Below, piece by piece: positions 51,020 to 61,220 of a DNA stretch of 64,000 nt. The notes under the pieces are model-generated. The model was given only the letters and a program-made list of their open reading frames with translations. It did not search any database and had not been told where the DNA came from. The stretch spans positions 310,001 to 374,000 of the forward strand of contig VJWM01000197.1 of NCBI GenBank assembly GCA_010909165.1, given 5' to 3'. Position 1 is the first letter of the stretch. Each line of letters begins with the position of its first letter. This DNA comes from Anthoceros angustus. Taxonomy: Eukaryota > Plantae > Anthocerotophyta. A program made the translations under genes and the position numbers.

Positions 51020-51205
51020 GCCATTAGTTTAGTTGGAGTTGCCATTAGTTTACCTGGAGTTTCGAGTTGCCATTAGTTTACCTGGAGTTTCGAGTTGCCA
51101 TTAGTTTAGCTGGAGTTTTCATTAGTTTAGCTAGAGTTTCGAGTTGCCATTAGTTTAGCTGGAGTTTCTATTAGTTTCGCTGGAGTTTCGAGTTGCCATT
51201 AGTTG
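51020..51205. repeat. 21-28-bp minisatellite
   Basis: gccattagtttacctggagtttcgagtt variants, about 7 units. Confidence 0.9.
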
Positions 51206-51209
51206 CATG

Positions 51210-51365
51210 TCTAGAGGGCCTCCTCGCAACACTCTTGTATTGCATATCTAGAGGGCCTCCTCACAACACTCTTGCATTGCATATCTAGAGGGCCTCCTCA
51301 CAACACTCTTGCACTGCATATCTAGAGGGCCTCCTCACAACACTCTTGCATTGCATATTTAGAGG
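51210..51365. repeat. 37-bp minisatellite, 4 copies
   Basis: tctagagggcctcctcacaacactcttgcattgcata at 51210, 51247, 51284 and 51321. Confidence 0.95.
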
Positions 51366-51869
51366 ACAAGCTATGATATGAGATTGTCCTCTGTTAAAGA
51401 GTCTATATATACTAGCCCTTGGCATCAGTATATTCCTAAGATATCCTATTGGCATCAGCATATGCCGGAAATATCATAAGAATACACTATAACATACAAG
51501 GAATGTGCTGAAGCATATTACTTGTGCTTATCCACTTAGCTATTGATAACCATGTTTAATTAACACTAATCAATACTTAATTAACACAAGCACTTTAGAT
51601 TAATTAATACGAATTACTTACTTAAATATAAGTAATCAGCATTAATTATTGCTAATCAAACACTAAACCCAAGTGCCGAGATTAGTGTCACACGGCATGA
51701 CAAAGTCAAGTTTGAGGGTATGGTGGCTTATTTCATTGATGATGAGTTGGTCATCCGCGAACCGAAGACTGCTGGATCTCTCCCACAGGGCTGTGGGGTC
51801 CGTGTTGGTTCCCTTTGCCTGGCTTCTTGGAACTGCAATGGCTCTATCAACTGTAATCTAGGCAGAATG

Positions 51870-52545
51870 CTGGACCTGCTTACGCGCCGGGATAGCTGAG
51901 ATATTGTGTTTTTATCTGAAACTCATGAGCATCATACTCGCGCTCTCCGGTCCTTCTCCAGATACCTTCCGACACCATGTTTCCAGCAACTCTTGTAAAG
52001 CTTTTGGGGGTATTGCGTGCTACTTTCAGGAATCCTTGGGAGCTTCTATCTCTCTTGTTCGGCATTACAAGCTTAGTACTGGCCTTTGGATCCGAATTGC
52101 TACTACCCTTTTCTCTTCTCCGCGTGACCTTTATGTGGGTGATGTTACTTTTCTCCCACTTCCTCCATATATGCCAAGAGCGGCAACCCATATGCCGATC
52201 TCTTTGAGTTCTCCCCTGTTGCAGACATCCTTCTTTTTAAAGACTTCAACAATTGGACTGGCTGTTAGCAGGCCGTTATTTATGATGCTTTGGATTTTGG
52301 CAGGATTTTTCCTCTTGACCCTTTTGACCTTGGCCTCAACAAGCTCTCCTCCGACACCCACCTCGTCAACACCTGTGGCGCTACTCTTTTGCGCCTTGTT
52401 GTCTCACAACATGGTCATCTTCAACGGACTCCCCCGCTGGCCGGACAGTTTGGAAAATTCATTTTTCAGTACCGACAGGCACTCCTCTAGCAGGCTAGAC
52501 TATGTTATTGGTAATGTTGAGCTCCTTTCGCGTATGTCCAAGCTG
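51870..52545 (+). mobile_element. LINE apurinic-like endonuclease (APE) remnant
   Basis: Across frames: DIVFLSETH, GGIACYF, CYFSP, KDFN, VIFNG, SRLDYVI. Confidence 0.75.
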
Positions 52546-54930
52546 CGAACCATTGATTCTTGGAGATCACCATCAAAAGATTCAAGTCCATCTCGAAGTC
52601 AAAGCAAAGATGGGGGTGAGCCCCTGCCAGGTCGCCTGCTGGAAACTGCCTCAGATCCACTCAATGTGATAGAACTCTTCTCCTCCGAGACTTCAAGCTG
52701 GGGAGGATTCCCCAACAATGTTGATGAGGTGTCCACAACACACAATCTGCAAGTCCAAGCTGAAGATGTTACTCACAATGTTGTGTGTGAAGGTAGCCCA
52801 ACCCTACTAGAAAAGGCAGCCTATGTTACAGTCATTGTTGCAATTTTATGTTACACTTCTAAATTGCAACATGCTATGTAGGCTTGGTATTAAGTTTGAC
52901 ACTATTCCCTTCTCATGCTATCACCATCTTAACACGAACCTGGCTCTCTCTCTCATCACCTCACCCTCCTAAGTACACCCTCCCTCTCACAAGCATTGTT
53001 TATGATTTCAAACATATACTATGAAAACTTGCTTATGTTACAGTCCTTTGTTACAATTTCATGTAACACTTTCCATTTGCAACACGCATTAAGTTAGTTG
53101 GCTTGGTGTTAAGTTTGTCTCCTCTTAACACCTCCTCCTCCTCTTCCTCTTCTGCCTCCTGGAGAGAGAAGGAGGGAGGACTAGGGGGGGGGAGAACATT
53201 CAGGTGCGTTAAAAAAGAGCCAGTGGAAGTCGACAGTTCGTGGCCGTGGGGGGGACACGTAATGGCGGTGACGCAGAGGAGAACATGGAGGCAGAAGAGG
53301 AGGCGGTCGATGAAATTCAAGATGTGCCTTTTGAGGAGGCACTGGAAAGAGAAAAATAGGCTGTTGTGCTAGAAATTTGGGACATAAAGATACGTCAAGA
53401 TTTGCACAAATGGTAAATACAAAGTACCATATAATAAACATGTACAGACCAGCATATGTACGTAACTCGTATGACATACATATTTATTACATACAAAATA
53501 TAATATGAACATATATCATTGAAAATATGATACCGTATATGTCACCGTAAACGATACACGTATAGTACAAAGAACGTATTGATATGAGCATTTATGTGTG
53601 GTGGTATTGATAGGCGTATTAGTAGTAATGACTATGTAAAACTTGCTATTCCATAGGGCAAAAGTAAAAAGAGAATGGTAGGTGGGGAGGAGATTCGGTA
53701 CCAAGCCTAGAAAAGTGTTACAAGACTTTTCTTGTAACACTTTATATGTTGCAATCTTGAGAGAGGACAAAAGCACCTCTCACTTCATCTCAACATAATT
53801 GCAACACCCTTGCAACATGATTGCAACAAAAGCGCTGGTCTATATCTAGTTTGATGGCGTTGGAGCCTCCACTTGTGCTCTTTGCCGTTGGCCAATTGCG
53901 ATCCACTTCCATTGTGGAACCCCGGTAGCCACATCTTCCTCCTCCAGTATGGGGCGTATGTCCCACTCCATTGCCCTCCCCCTCCTTCCCCTAAACCCAA
54001 ACTTAACTATGGAGGAAGCTCGCAGGCTGGTTGATGCTTTGCCTACTAAGGCTGATGCTCGTGATTTTTGCAGGCGCCTGATGATCATGGGGAGGTGTTT
54101 CGGGGAAATCATCATAATGAGTCAGGTGCCCACTCTCTATCGCCCTGATATAAATGATTGGATTGAGGGGCTGCGCGTGAATATCCGCTTGTTGTATGGC
54201 GCGTGAATATCCGCTTGTTGTATGACGCGGTGCAGCGACGATGTGAAGAAGGCGAGGCATAGAAATGGCCATGGGACGACGCGCGCAGGCGGAGCAGGAA
54301 TAGTAGTGTGGCTACATTTTTTACAACCAGAGATTCCTGCAGTCTTAGAAATTGTGATTTTGGCCTTTACGTAAAGGTGGCTTCAGTATCATGAGCCTGT
54401 TTCATTGCTGCAAGGCTTTAAATTTGTGAGCCTGTTTAATTTTCCTTTTGCTTGCTGCTGTTTTTACTGCTTATTGCTGTTTCAACTGCCATGGTGCTGT
54501 TTGAGAGGTGTTAAGGTACCATGCCATGAGTTGGTACTGTAACACGCGGAGTTCATTTACATGTGGGATTGTAAACCCCAACGCCTGCCCGAGGTTGAAC
54601 ATTCCTGCGGTGATCGCGACATCCCATTGGAGAAATGGTTTTCCCCCGCAATTGCTCCATGGATTCTGGGCTTGATTGAGTGTCTTATAAGCCCTTCGGT
54701 AGGGTCTCGTTGTTACACAAGACTCTCCGTTTACATCCATTCACAAGCCGTTTAATTTCAACAAAAGGAGGTCGTAATAAGTCAAAGCACAATATTTATA
54801 TAGCAACCCATAGGATAATTGCGCTTAAAATGTAGGTTACAATGTAATTTATTATAATAATTTATTTCACGGTAATCGGTTGTAAATCAAGGTCAATGCT
54901 TTACAAAAGCCATCCGGACCTGCCCATTTA

Positions 54931-55280
54931 CGAGGGAAGGTACATACAAGGTAATTTGCTAGTTCTAAAATGCAATTGCAAACCATGGCCTCGTACTTAC
55001 AACACATGTGATTTACAACAATGCATACAAAGGCAAAAATTGATGACGTTGTGAACCGGGCTTCAACCGCAGCAACGATCCCCACCAAAGCATATTAACA
55101 ATATGCGAGGGAAGGTACATACAAGGTAATTTGCTAGTTCTAAAATGCAATTGCAAACCATGGCCTCGTACTTACAACACATGTGATTTACAACAATGCA
55201 TACAAAGGCAAAAATTGATGACGTTGTGAACCGGGCTTCAACCGCAGCAACGATCCCCACCAAAGCATATTAACAATATG
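54931..55280. repeat. Perfect 175-bp tandem duplication
   Basis: cgagggaaggtacatac... at 54931 and 55106. Confidence 0.95.
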
Positions 55281-56020
55281 AAAGTACAACGGAATTTAGG
55301 AATAATCAATTGAAAAGAAAGCCGAACCTCCAATGTGATTTTGCCAGCATTGTAATAAGATATAGCCATGTTGTAAAACGTAGCCTAAATAATTTCAATA
55401 TGATGGGTGTCCATCGCCCTGCAGCGGGAGCTGGCCAACGCGATATATAGGACGACGGCAAGCGTGGAGCAGGCGGCATTATTGATACCAGCGTGAGGTA
55501 GGCCCTTTCCTATCCCCGATCTTGATATCTTTGGTGTGGGTAGACAGTTATAAGATTGGCGACAACGGGGTTAGTCCCTATGGTATGGTGCCCTCATAAG
55601 GGTTATTCCGATAGGTTTTCCATTTCTTTTTCATAATAAATTCTCCATTTTCGAATCGGGTCTCGTACTCTATGTACCGACTAGTTTTTTCACCAGAGAG
55701 TTGTGACTCTGGAGGCCTGTGCTCGAGGCCACGGTCACGAACGGCATCTTCTTTGCTTGGGCATAAATAGGTGCATCGTTGGGATGGACTTGGCAAACTC
55801 TGTAGGTGACTGGAGCGACTCCGGTTAGGGCGGATGGAAGGTTGGAAACCTAGAGGCCTGCATATCCCATCCGAATTCCACTCCACGCTCTCGGTGCCGG
55901 GACGTGACGGCCCGCACTGCTCATGAGCTACATACATTGCTGTCCTTTGCCAGTACAGGGCGACATCACGGTTTGCTGCAAATCACTTTGGCGGGGGAGA
56001 TCGGTTTGTTGGAGGAGGAC

Positions 56021-57349
56021 ATGGGTTGGGATTCCAAACCTTTCATTGGTAGCAAAAGGAGGAGGCCTGATGTGGAGGATGAAGTGTATTTGGACAACTT
56101 CCACACTCACAAAAGATACCTTTCGGAGGTGGGTGCCTGGGCTTGCATTTCCTCGTTTTGGTGTTTGCTCGGGCCGGGCCGATGCGAATGGCAACTCGTG
56201 TTGGTTCTTCTGTCTCGCAGGTTATGGCGTCTAGCTTGAACGGACTGAGAGTAGGGGAGGCTGCCTCCAACAGCACCAGGCCGTCACCGTCCCTGTCAGA
56301 TCCCCTGGCCTCCCCCGCCCGTACTGACACAGGCTGTTTCTCGAGATCAGCGTCATCGTTTCCAAGCCTGGGGTATGTGTTCGGTTTGTTGTTGAGTTGA
56401 ATTCAGAATTGGGGTGATGGAGAGGTTGGTCTGACCGGAAGGGATTGATATTAGGGATGATCTGTCAACTTTGGACTCCCCCATGTCCGAGGACAGTGAT
56501 GAGAGCGTTGGCTATCGGATGCGTGGTGTGGAGAGTATGCAGCAAGGTGTTGTGGAAGCTTCTTCACTGAGTCCATCCTCTCCGCCACGGCGGACGCAGA
56601 GAATACCGAGCTCACACAACCTTCCTGCTGGGTCCTCCTCTTGGACACCGACACCGATGCGGTCTCCGTATGCTTCTTCCCATCCTCTGCCCTGTTCTCG
56701 ACCTCGCAGCAACGAAGCAGAAGGTCGTCTGCCGCCCTCGCCAAGTGATGCCTGTCAGTCGGCGGATTTGCGGAAGGCTACCTTGTTACGGGCTTTGCAC
56801 CGAGCTCAGTCACCAAGCCGACCTGCGTCTTCTGTGGTCAGAAAAGACAAGGTGACCGTTCCTGATGTACAGCACAGTGTGGTGGAAGTTGCGAGTGTGG
56901 CTGAGCAGACTGGATGCAACAGTGAGGTGCTGGGGTCCCCTCTACGTGGAGCCTTCCTTGGAGCAGCAGGACGAAGTTCAAGGGTGCGCAGCTTGCTTCT
57001 GGATGAGCAGCCAGCTATGTTCACTGGTGCCACATCTTCTGAGGCTTCATTGTCATCTGGGAATGAAGATCGGCAGTTGGGGAAGTCACATAGCGTTTCG
57101 GTAGTCGATGGTTCTGATTGTAAAATGAAGAGTGGTTCCGACCCTTCGAGCTTAAAGCCTGAGATATCTTTCAGCTACTCTTCCAAGGACGGCAATGTGT
57201 CTGACACGGAATCCTCCTTGTCACGGAAGTCTGCTAGGGCTTCTTGCTCAAAAACCAGTGCAAGGAAGCCGCCTACAGCACAGGTGAAGCAGGCAGAGGT
57301 GGATGAGGGGCTCCCGACCAGGACTGGCCAGGTGGCCAGCATCTGGTGA
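56021..57349 (+). CDS. Conserved uncharacterised Ser-rich plant protein (exons 56021-56128, 56221-56372, 56455-57349)
   Basis: Motifs YLDNFHTHKRYLSE|VMASSLNGL, SPMSEDSD and DLRKATLLR recall an uncharacterised land-plant family. Intron phases (0,2) are consistent. Confidence 0.85.
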
Positions 57350-57516
57350 GACGCAAGAAGCGGCGGCGAGAAAACTGATGGAAAGTCACGAGCTTTGTTC
57401 ACTATCTTTGTACATAACAGGCCTCCCATTGGCCCTTGTAAGCTGAATCTGTAAGTATGACTGGACATCTGGCTTCCCTTCTTCTACTGCACCGTTCTGG
57501 CACTTGTCGACAAACC

Positions 57517-58739
57517 TTACGGTCTCATGCTCAACGCACCCATGTAGAAGAGGCTGATTTGCCTTAGCACCCACTCGTAGTCTGTTTGCATTCCCAGAGT
57601 GTGAAGGCCATGATCAACGACTTCCTTGTCAACCCATGATTTCTCGATGTCATAGTGCAGCAGATTCTCCAACACCCGCAGGTCGTGTGAATATTCAGGA
57701 TGCCTGCCACTCAAGAGGCACAGATCTTCCTCAAAGGCTTCAAACGGAAGCAGGTATCGAGACAACCCAATGGTGGTAACTTAGAGTATCTTACCCACAG
57801 AATGTGAGAAAGTGGTGAGGCTTGTACTGAACTCGACGTCACCGACCACAACAGCCCGAGTTGGTAAGTCATGAAGGAGGACAGATATGGGACAGAACGG
57901 ACTGGAATGAAGACAGCAATACTTGCCAGGGCCTGGTACTCGGTAGTGTTGTTAGAGGCAAGAGAGACGAAGCCCGGCGGCAGCTCCAGAACAGCATCAT
58001 TGTGGTGGTAATGCATTCTGAAGTCGACCCGATCAGTGGCAAAGAGACGCTGTGCCTGCCCCGTGAGCTTGGCCTCGCGGACAGAGACTTCAGAGCCCTA
58101 CCATCACCATGACCATCAATTTAACCATAACCATGCAAATGAGCACGCACAGCTATCTCACGTCTCCAAAGTGACGATTCAATGTCCGACCTTGGGGTTG
58201 CGATCTACATGGCCACCCAGAGCCGCTGGAATGGCTTGGTGACCGAAGCTGATCCCGCAAGTCTTCACTTCCCCCCTGTCTAAGCCCCGTATGTTCTGCC
58301 CATACCCGGGGAGCAGCACGCAGCCTTCAGAACACTGACCCAAGTAAGGGCACACAAACCCCAGCAGCGTGCACTCTTACCTCCAGCAGCGTTTGGATCC
58401 AGGGATCACCATCATACACCCCGCTCAAAGATCCTGATATGAGCACACCGTCGAACTGGAGCACATCGTCAGGATATTCTCCTGCCTTCACATCGAAGCC
58501 TGACAAGACGGACGCTGACACAGTGAGACGCGTTTCGGACTAGTTGAGAATTCGTCTTATGTTCAGAGACTTCCACCGGTGAGACGGATGCTGGGAAGGT
58601 CAGAGGTTCTGGAATGATCGAAGGCCCGCTGCAGCAACGTGAGATAGCCACCAGTGAGGGAGTAGACCTCGGGCCGGAGATGCTCCTCCAGCCGCTCGCA
58701 CTGGTAGAGAGCTACTCGTAAGCCAGCTCTCAATGCCAT
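57517..58739 (-). CDS. Class I glutamine amidotransferase-like / gamma-glutamyl peptidase-like protein (258 aa; exons 58739-58577, 58499-58381, 58295-58191, 58097-57927, 57826-57795, 57703-57517)
   Basis: LRVALYQCE..GGY, FDGVLISGS, GISFGHQ, HNDAVLELPPG, CGHPEY. All phases are consistent, with one GC-AG intron (57926-57827). Confidence 0.9.
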
Positions 58740-59059
58740 CGAAGTAGGACAAGCCTCCAGGCCGCTCGATGTTTCGCTGTTCTATAGGTAAGGGTTCATC
58801 AGAACAAGTGTCAGCCGGATGGCTACTCCAATAGAATGGAAAAGAAGATTTTAATTGTTGTCCACCAAGGACGCATTTCGTCAGTGAATTCAGATTGTCT
58901 GGATGCATGCATGTATGTCTGTAGCTTTAATCCTCTGATATCCCTATGGATGTACATATGTGAAATGATGCCCGTACTTCCACCAGTCGAGGTTCAATGT
59001 GCAAAATGGGGCAGGGCCCGGGACATCCCGCGAGGTACTGGTACTCGAGATGAAGCCCC

Positions 59060-60439
59060 TCACCGCCGCGAATGAACAAAACTGGAGACAACTGATATGC
59101 GTCCGCCAATTTTCCTGCGCAACTGCTTAGCCCGAGCCCTGGAGACGCCGGGACAGTCCTGTACATCGATGACCTTCAAGTTACGTAATAACGTCGCTGT
59201 ATGACTGCCCAGCTCAGCAAGACCCCGGTCCGTGACACCGGATTTGGACACGCACAACTGGCGCAGTGCGTCATTCTTTCGGGAGTGCATCAGAGCGCGG
59301 AGTCCTTGATCGGTGACTGCACCATCTTTCACACTCACAAGCTGCAGTCTAGCTTCACTTCCAGCCAGTAGCTCGAGAATGGGGTCACCGACTGCACAGC
59401 CCCTCAGCTTCACCTTACTCAGCCTGTTCTGGCATTGCTCAACCACTGATCCCACTCCTGCACCTGTCACACGGCGACACCCAGTGAGATCCAGCTGCTG
59501 CAGATTCCGGAGCCGGGGTGCCATGGCTGCAAGCAGCTCGTCCGTCACAACATCAGTGCACGTCAGAGCCAGCACTTTCAGATTCCAACTCCCCCCGTCG
59601 GGAACCTGCGGGACAGGCAGACCCTCCTGTTTGTAGGCCATGGAGTTGAGCTCCAGATGTCGAAGACGGTTACAACCTCGCAGCACCGTCATGAGACCCT
59701 CTCCGGTGAGTTTATAACATCCCAACAGACGCAGCTCAGAAAGCCTGGGGCACCCCCTTGTAAGGTCCGCTGCACCGTCGTCATCCAGCCCCGATGCCAC
59801 CGTCAAATGCAGCGACCTCAACACATTCCCGTACCGTAACAACTGTGCCAAAGAACCCCCACGCAGGGTATGACACTTCTCGATGGTCAGCGCTGACAGA
59901 GTTCTCGCAAATGCACCCACCACTTCGTAATCACGTTCTTCTAGCCAAGAGGCATCACGAAGAACCAACGCCCTGGTGTGCAGCGGGCATGCCCGGAGCA
60001 AAGCAACCTGCAAGAACAACCTGGCAATTCCAGGGTTTGGATCGAATCTCTCAAATCTCGCCACACGTTCCCTGTCGATCGCTCTACAGGTTGGCCCGAA
60101 GCACCCCTTCCTCTCCCTCAATTCAAGCAGAGCCAAATGGGCATGCCAATCCTTACAGACCAAAGAAGCTTCATGCCACTTCCCCCGTCTACGGACGTAC
60201 ATCAGAACGTGTTCGAGACATTCGCTATTCAGATAGCGTATGCCTTGAGGTTCGTCATCGTTCACAGATGTTCCAGCCTCAGCTCCGGCCCCCGCCGATG
60301 CGCCCCCAGGATTTGCGTCCCCAAGGTTGGCGCCCCCAGGGTCTGGCCGACGCCTGACCGCCCTCTCCTCACTCACAACCACACCCCTCTCCCCCGAGCG
60401 CTTCCTGCTCCGCCGCTTCTCCCTCACCATGGCAACCAT
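59060..60439 (-). CDS. F-box/LRR-repeat protein, intronless
   Basis: F-box-like LNSECLEHVL...ASLVCKDWH followed by cysteine-containing LRRs (LRLLGCYKLTGEGL, LDLTGCRRVTGAGV). First ATG at 60439 (next 60430); the track start at 60523 is GTG. Confidence 0.9.
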   Translation of the reverse strand: MVAMVREKRRSRKRSGERGVVVSEERAVRRRPDPGGANLGDANPGGASAGAGAEAGTSVNDDEPQGIRYLNSECLEHVLMYVRRRGKWHEASLVCKDWHAHLALLELRERKGCFGPTCRAIDRERVARFERFDPNPGIARLFLQVALLRACPLHTRALVLRDASWLEERDYEVVGAFARTLSALTIEKCHTLRGGSLAQLLRYGNVLRSLHLTVASGLDDDGAADLTRGCPRLSELRLLGCYKLTGEGLMTVLRGCNRLRHLELNSMAYKQEGLPVPQVPDGGSWNLKVLALTCTDVVTDELLAAMAPRLRNLQQLDLTGCRRVTGAGVGSVVEQCQNRLSKVKLRGCAVGDPILELLAGSEARLQLVSVKDGAVTDQGLRALMHSRKNDALRQLCVSKSGVTDRGLAELGSHTATLLRNLKVIDVQDCPGVSRARAKQLRRKIGGRISVVSSFVHSRR

Positions 60440-60624
60440 CAGCGGAAGCAACTTCCACACGCAGATGTTGAAAACCAACAGCAGCAACCCCCCCACCACA
60501 GACAGGACCTCGAACGAAGCCACTGCTGCTGCGCAACCAACCCCAACCCCACCCTCCTCCTACTCCCTACTCCCCTCCTCCTACGCCTCCCGATCCACAC
60601 CTCCACCCAAACCCTCACCTAATC

Positions 60625-60894
60625 CTACTGCCGCTGCTCCCCTTTCTCCACCAGATACTGCTTCTTGTACTGCTCCAGCACATGGTCGTTGGTGTACTGA
60701 TGCAAGCAGTCGTTCATCTCCTTAGATTGCTCCCGGCACGCCCACACGACAGAAAACGTTCTTCCCGCCGCGCAGTCCGCGAACTTGGCTAGCACGGCGT
60801 CACACTCCTTCAGCGCCCGATCCTTCATCTTCGTCCGCAACCCCTCTTCCACCTTCTTCTGCAGCCTCGACTCCCGCGCTGCCTTGGCGTCCAT
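60625..60894 (-). CDS. CMC1: Cytochrome c oxidase assembly protein CMC1-like (twin CX9C), 89 aa, intronless
   Basis: KKVEEGLRTKMK..ALKEC-x9-CAAGRTFSVVWAC-x9-CLHQYT. Confidence 0.92.
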   Translation of the reverse strand: MDAKAARESRLQKKVEEGLRTKMKDRALKECDAVLAKFADCAAGRTFSVVWACREQSKEMNDCLHQYTNDHVLEQYKKQYLVEKGEQRQ

Positions 60895-61050
60895 TCCCTT
60901 GCCCTACTTGGCATCAGATGGCCATCTCCGCAATCGGACGCCTCGTCTTCTCCAGATCCTGCTCCGGCGCCGTCCAGGGACTATCCGAGAAGCTTCTGCG
61001 CTGCATCCAGTGATAGTAGGCATGGCGGGAAGGGTATTAAATAACGCGGA

Positions 61051-61059
61051 TTAGGGTTT
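61051..61059 (-). promoter_or_regulatory. Telo-box (AAACCCTAA) in a probable bidirectional promoter
   Basis: TTAGGGTTT lies midway in the 326 bp between the divergent ATGs at 60894 and 61221. Confidence 0.55.
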
Positions 61060-61220
61060 ATATCATGTGCCCCGGAAAACACGACGATATCGATGCTGCG
61101 ACGGTCTGTCATGTGACTGTGGGTTGAGATTTCTGCTGCTTGCATCCGGCAATCACTGATTGCGGTGTGTTTCTTGGCGGGAAGAGGATGGAGCTTGGGA
61201 CCTGAAGCGCAACAGGCACT

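Noticed and set aside
51904-52881. 325-aa ORF as a host gene
   Set aside because: A frame-shifting LINE endonuclease remnant fused to unrelated sequence.
53949-54262. Small ORF ending at a short (~25-bp) tandem duplication
   Set aside because: No family recognised and no splice or expression evidence, so it cannot be supported as a gene.
58739-59070. F-box and GGP fusion protein via the donor overlapping the F-box stop
   Set aside because: The phase-2 donor at 59063 joined to either candidate acceptor is out of frame with the GGP-like ORF.
29249-60894. Functional clustering of MIA40-linked genes (SLP2 and CMC1)
   Set aside because: About 24-30 kb apart with unrelated repeats and genes between; likely coincidence.
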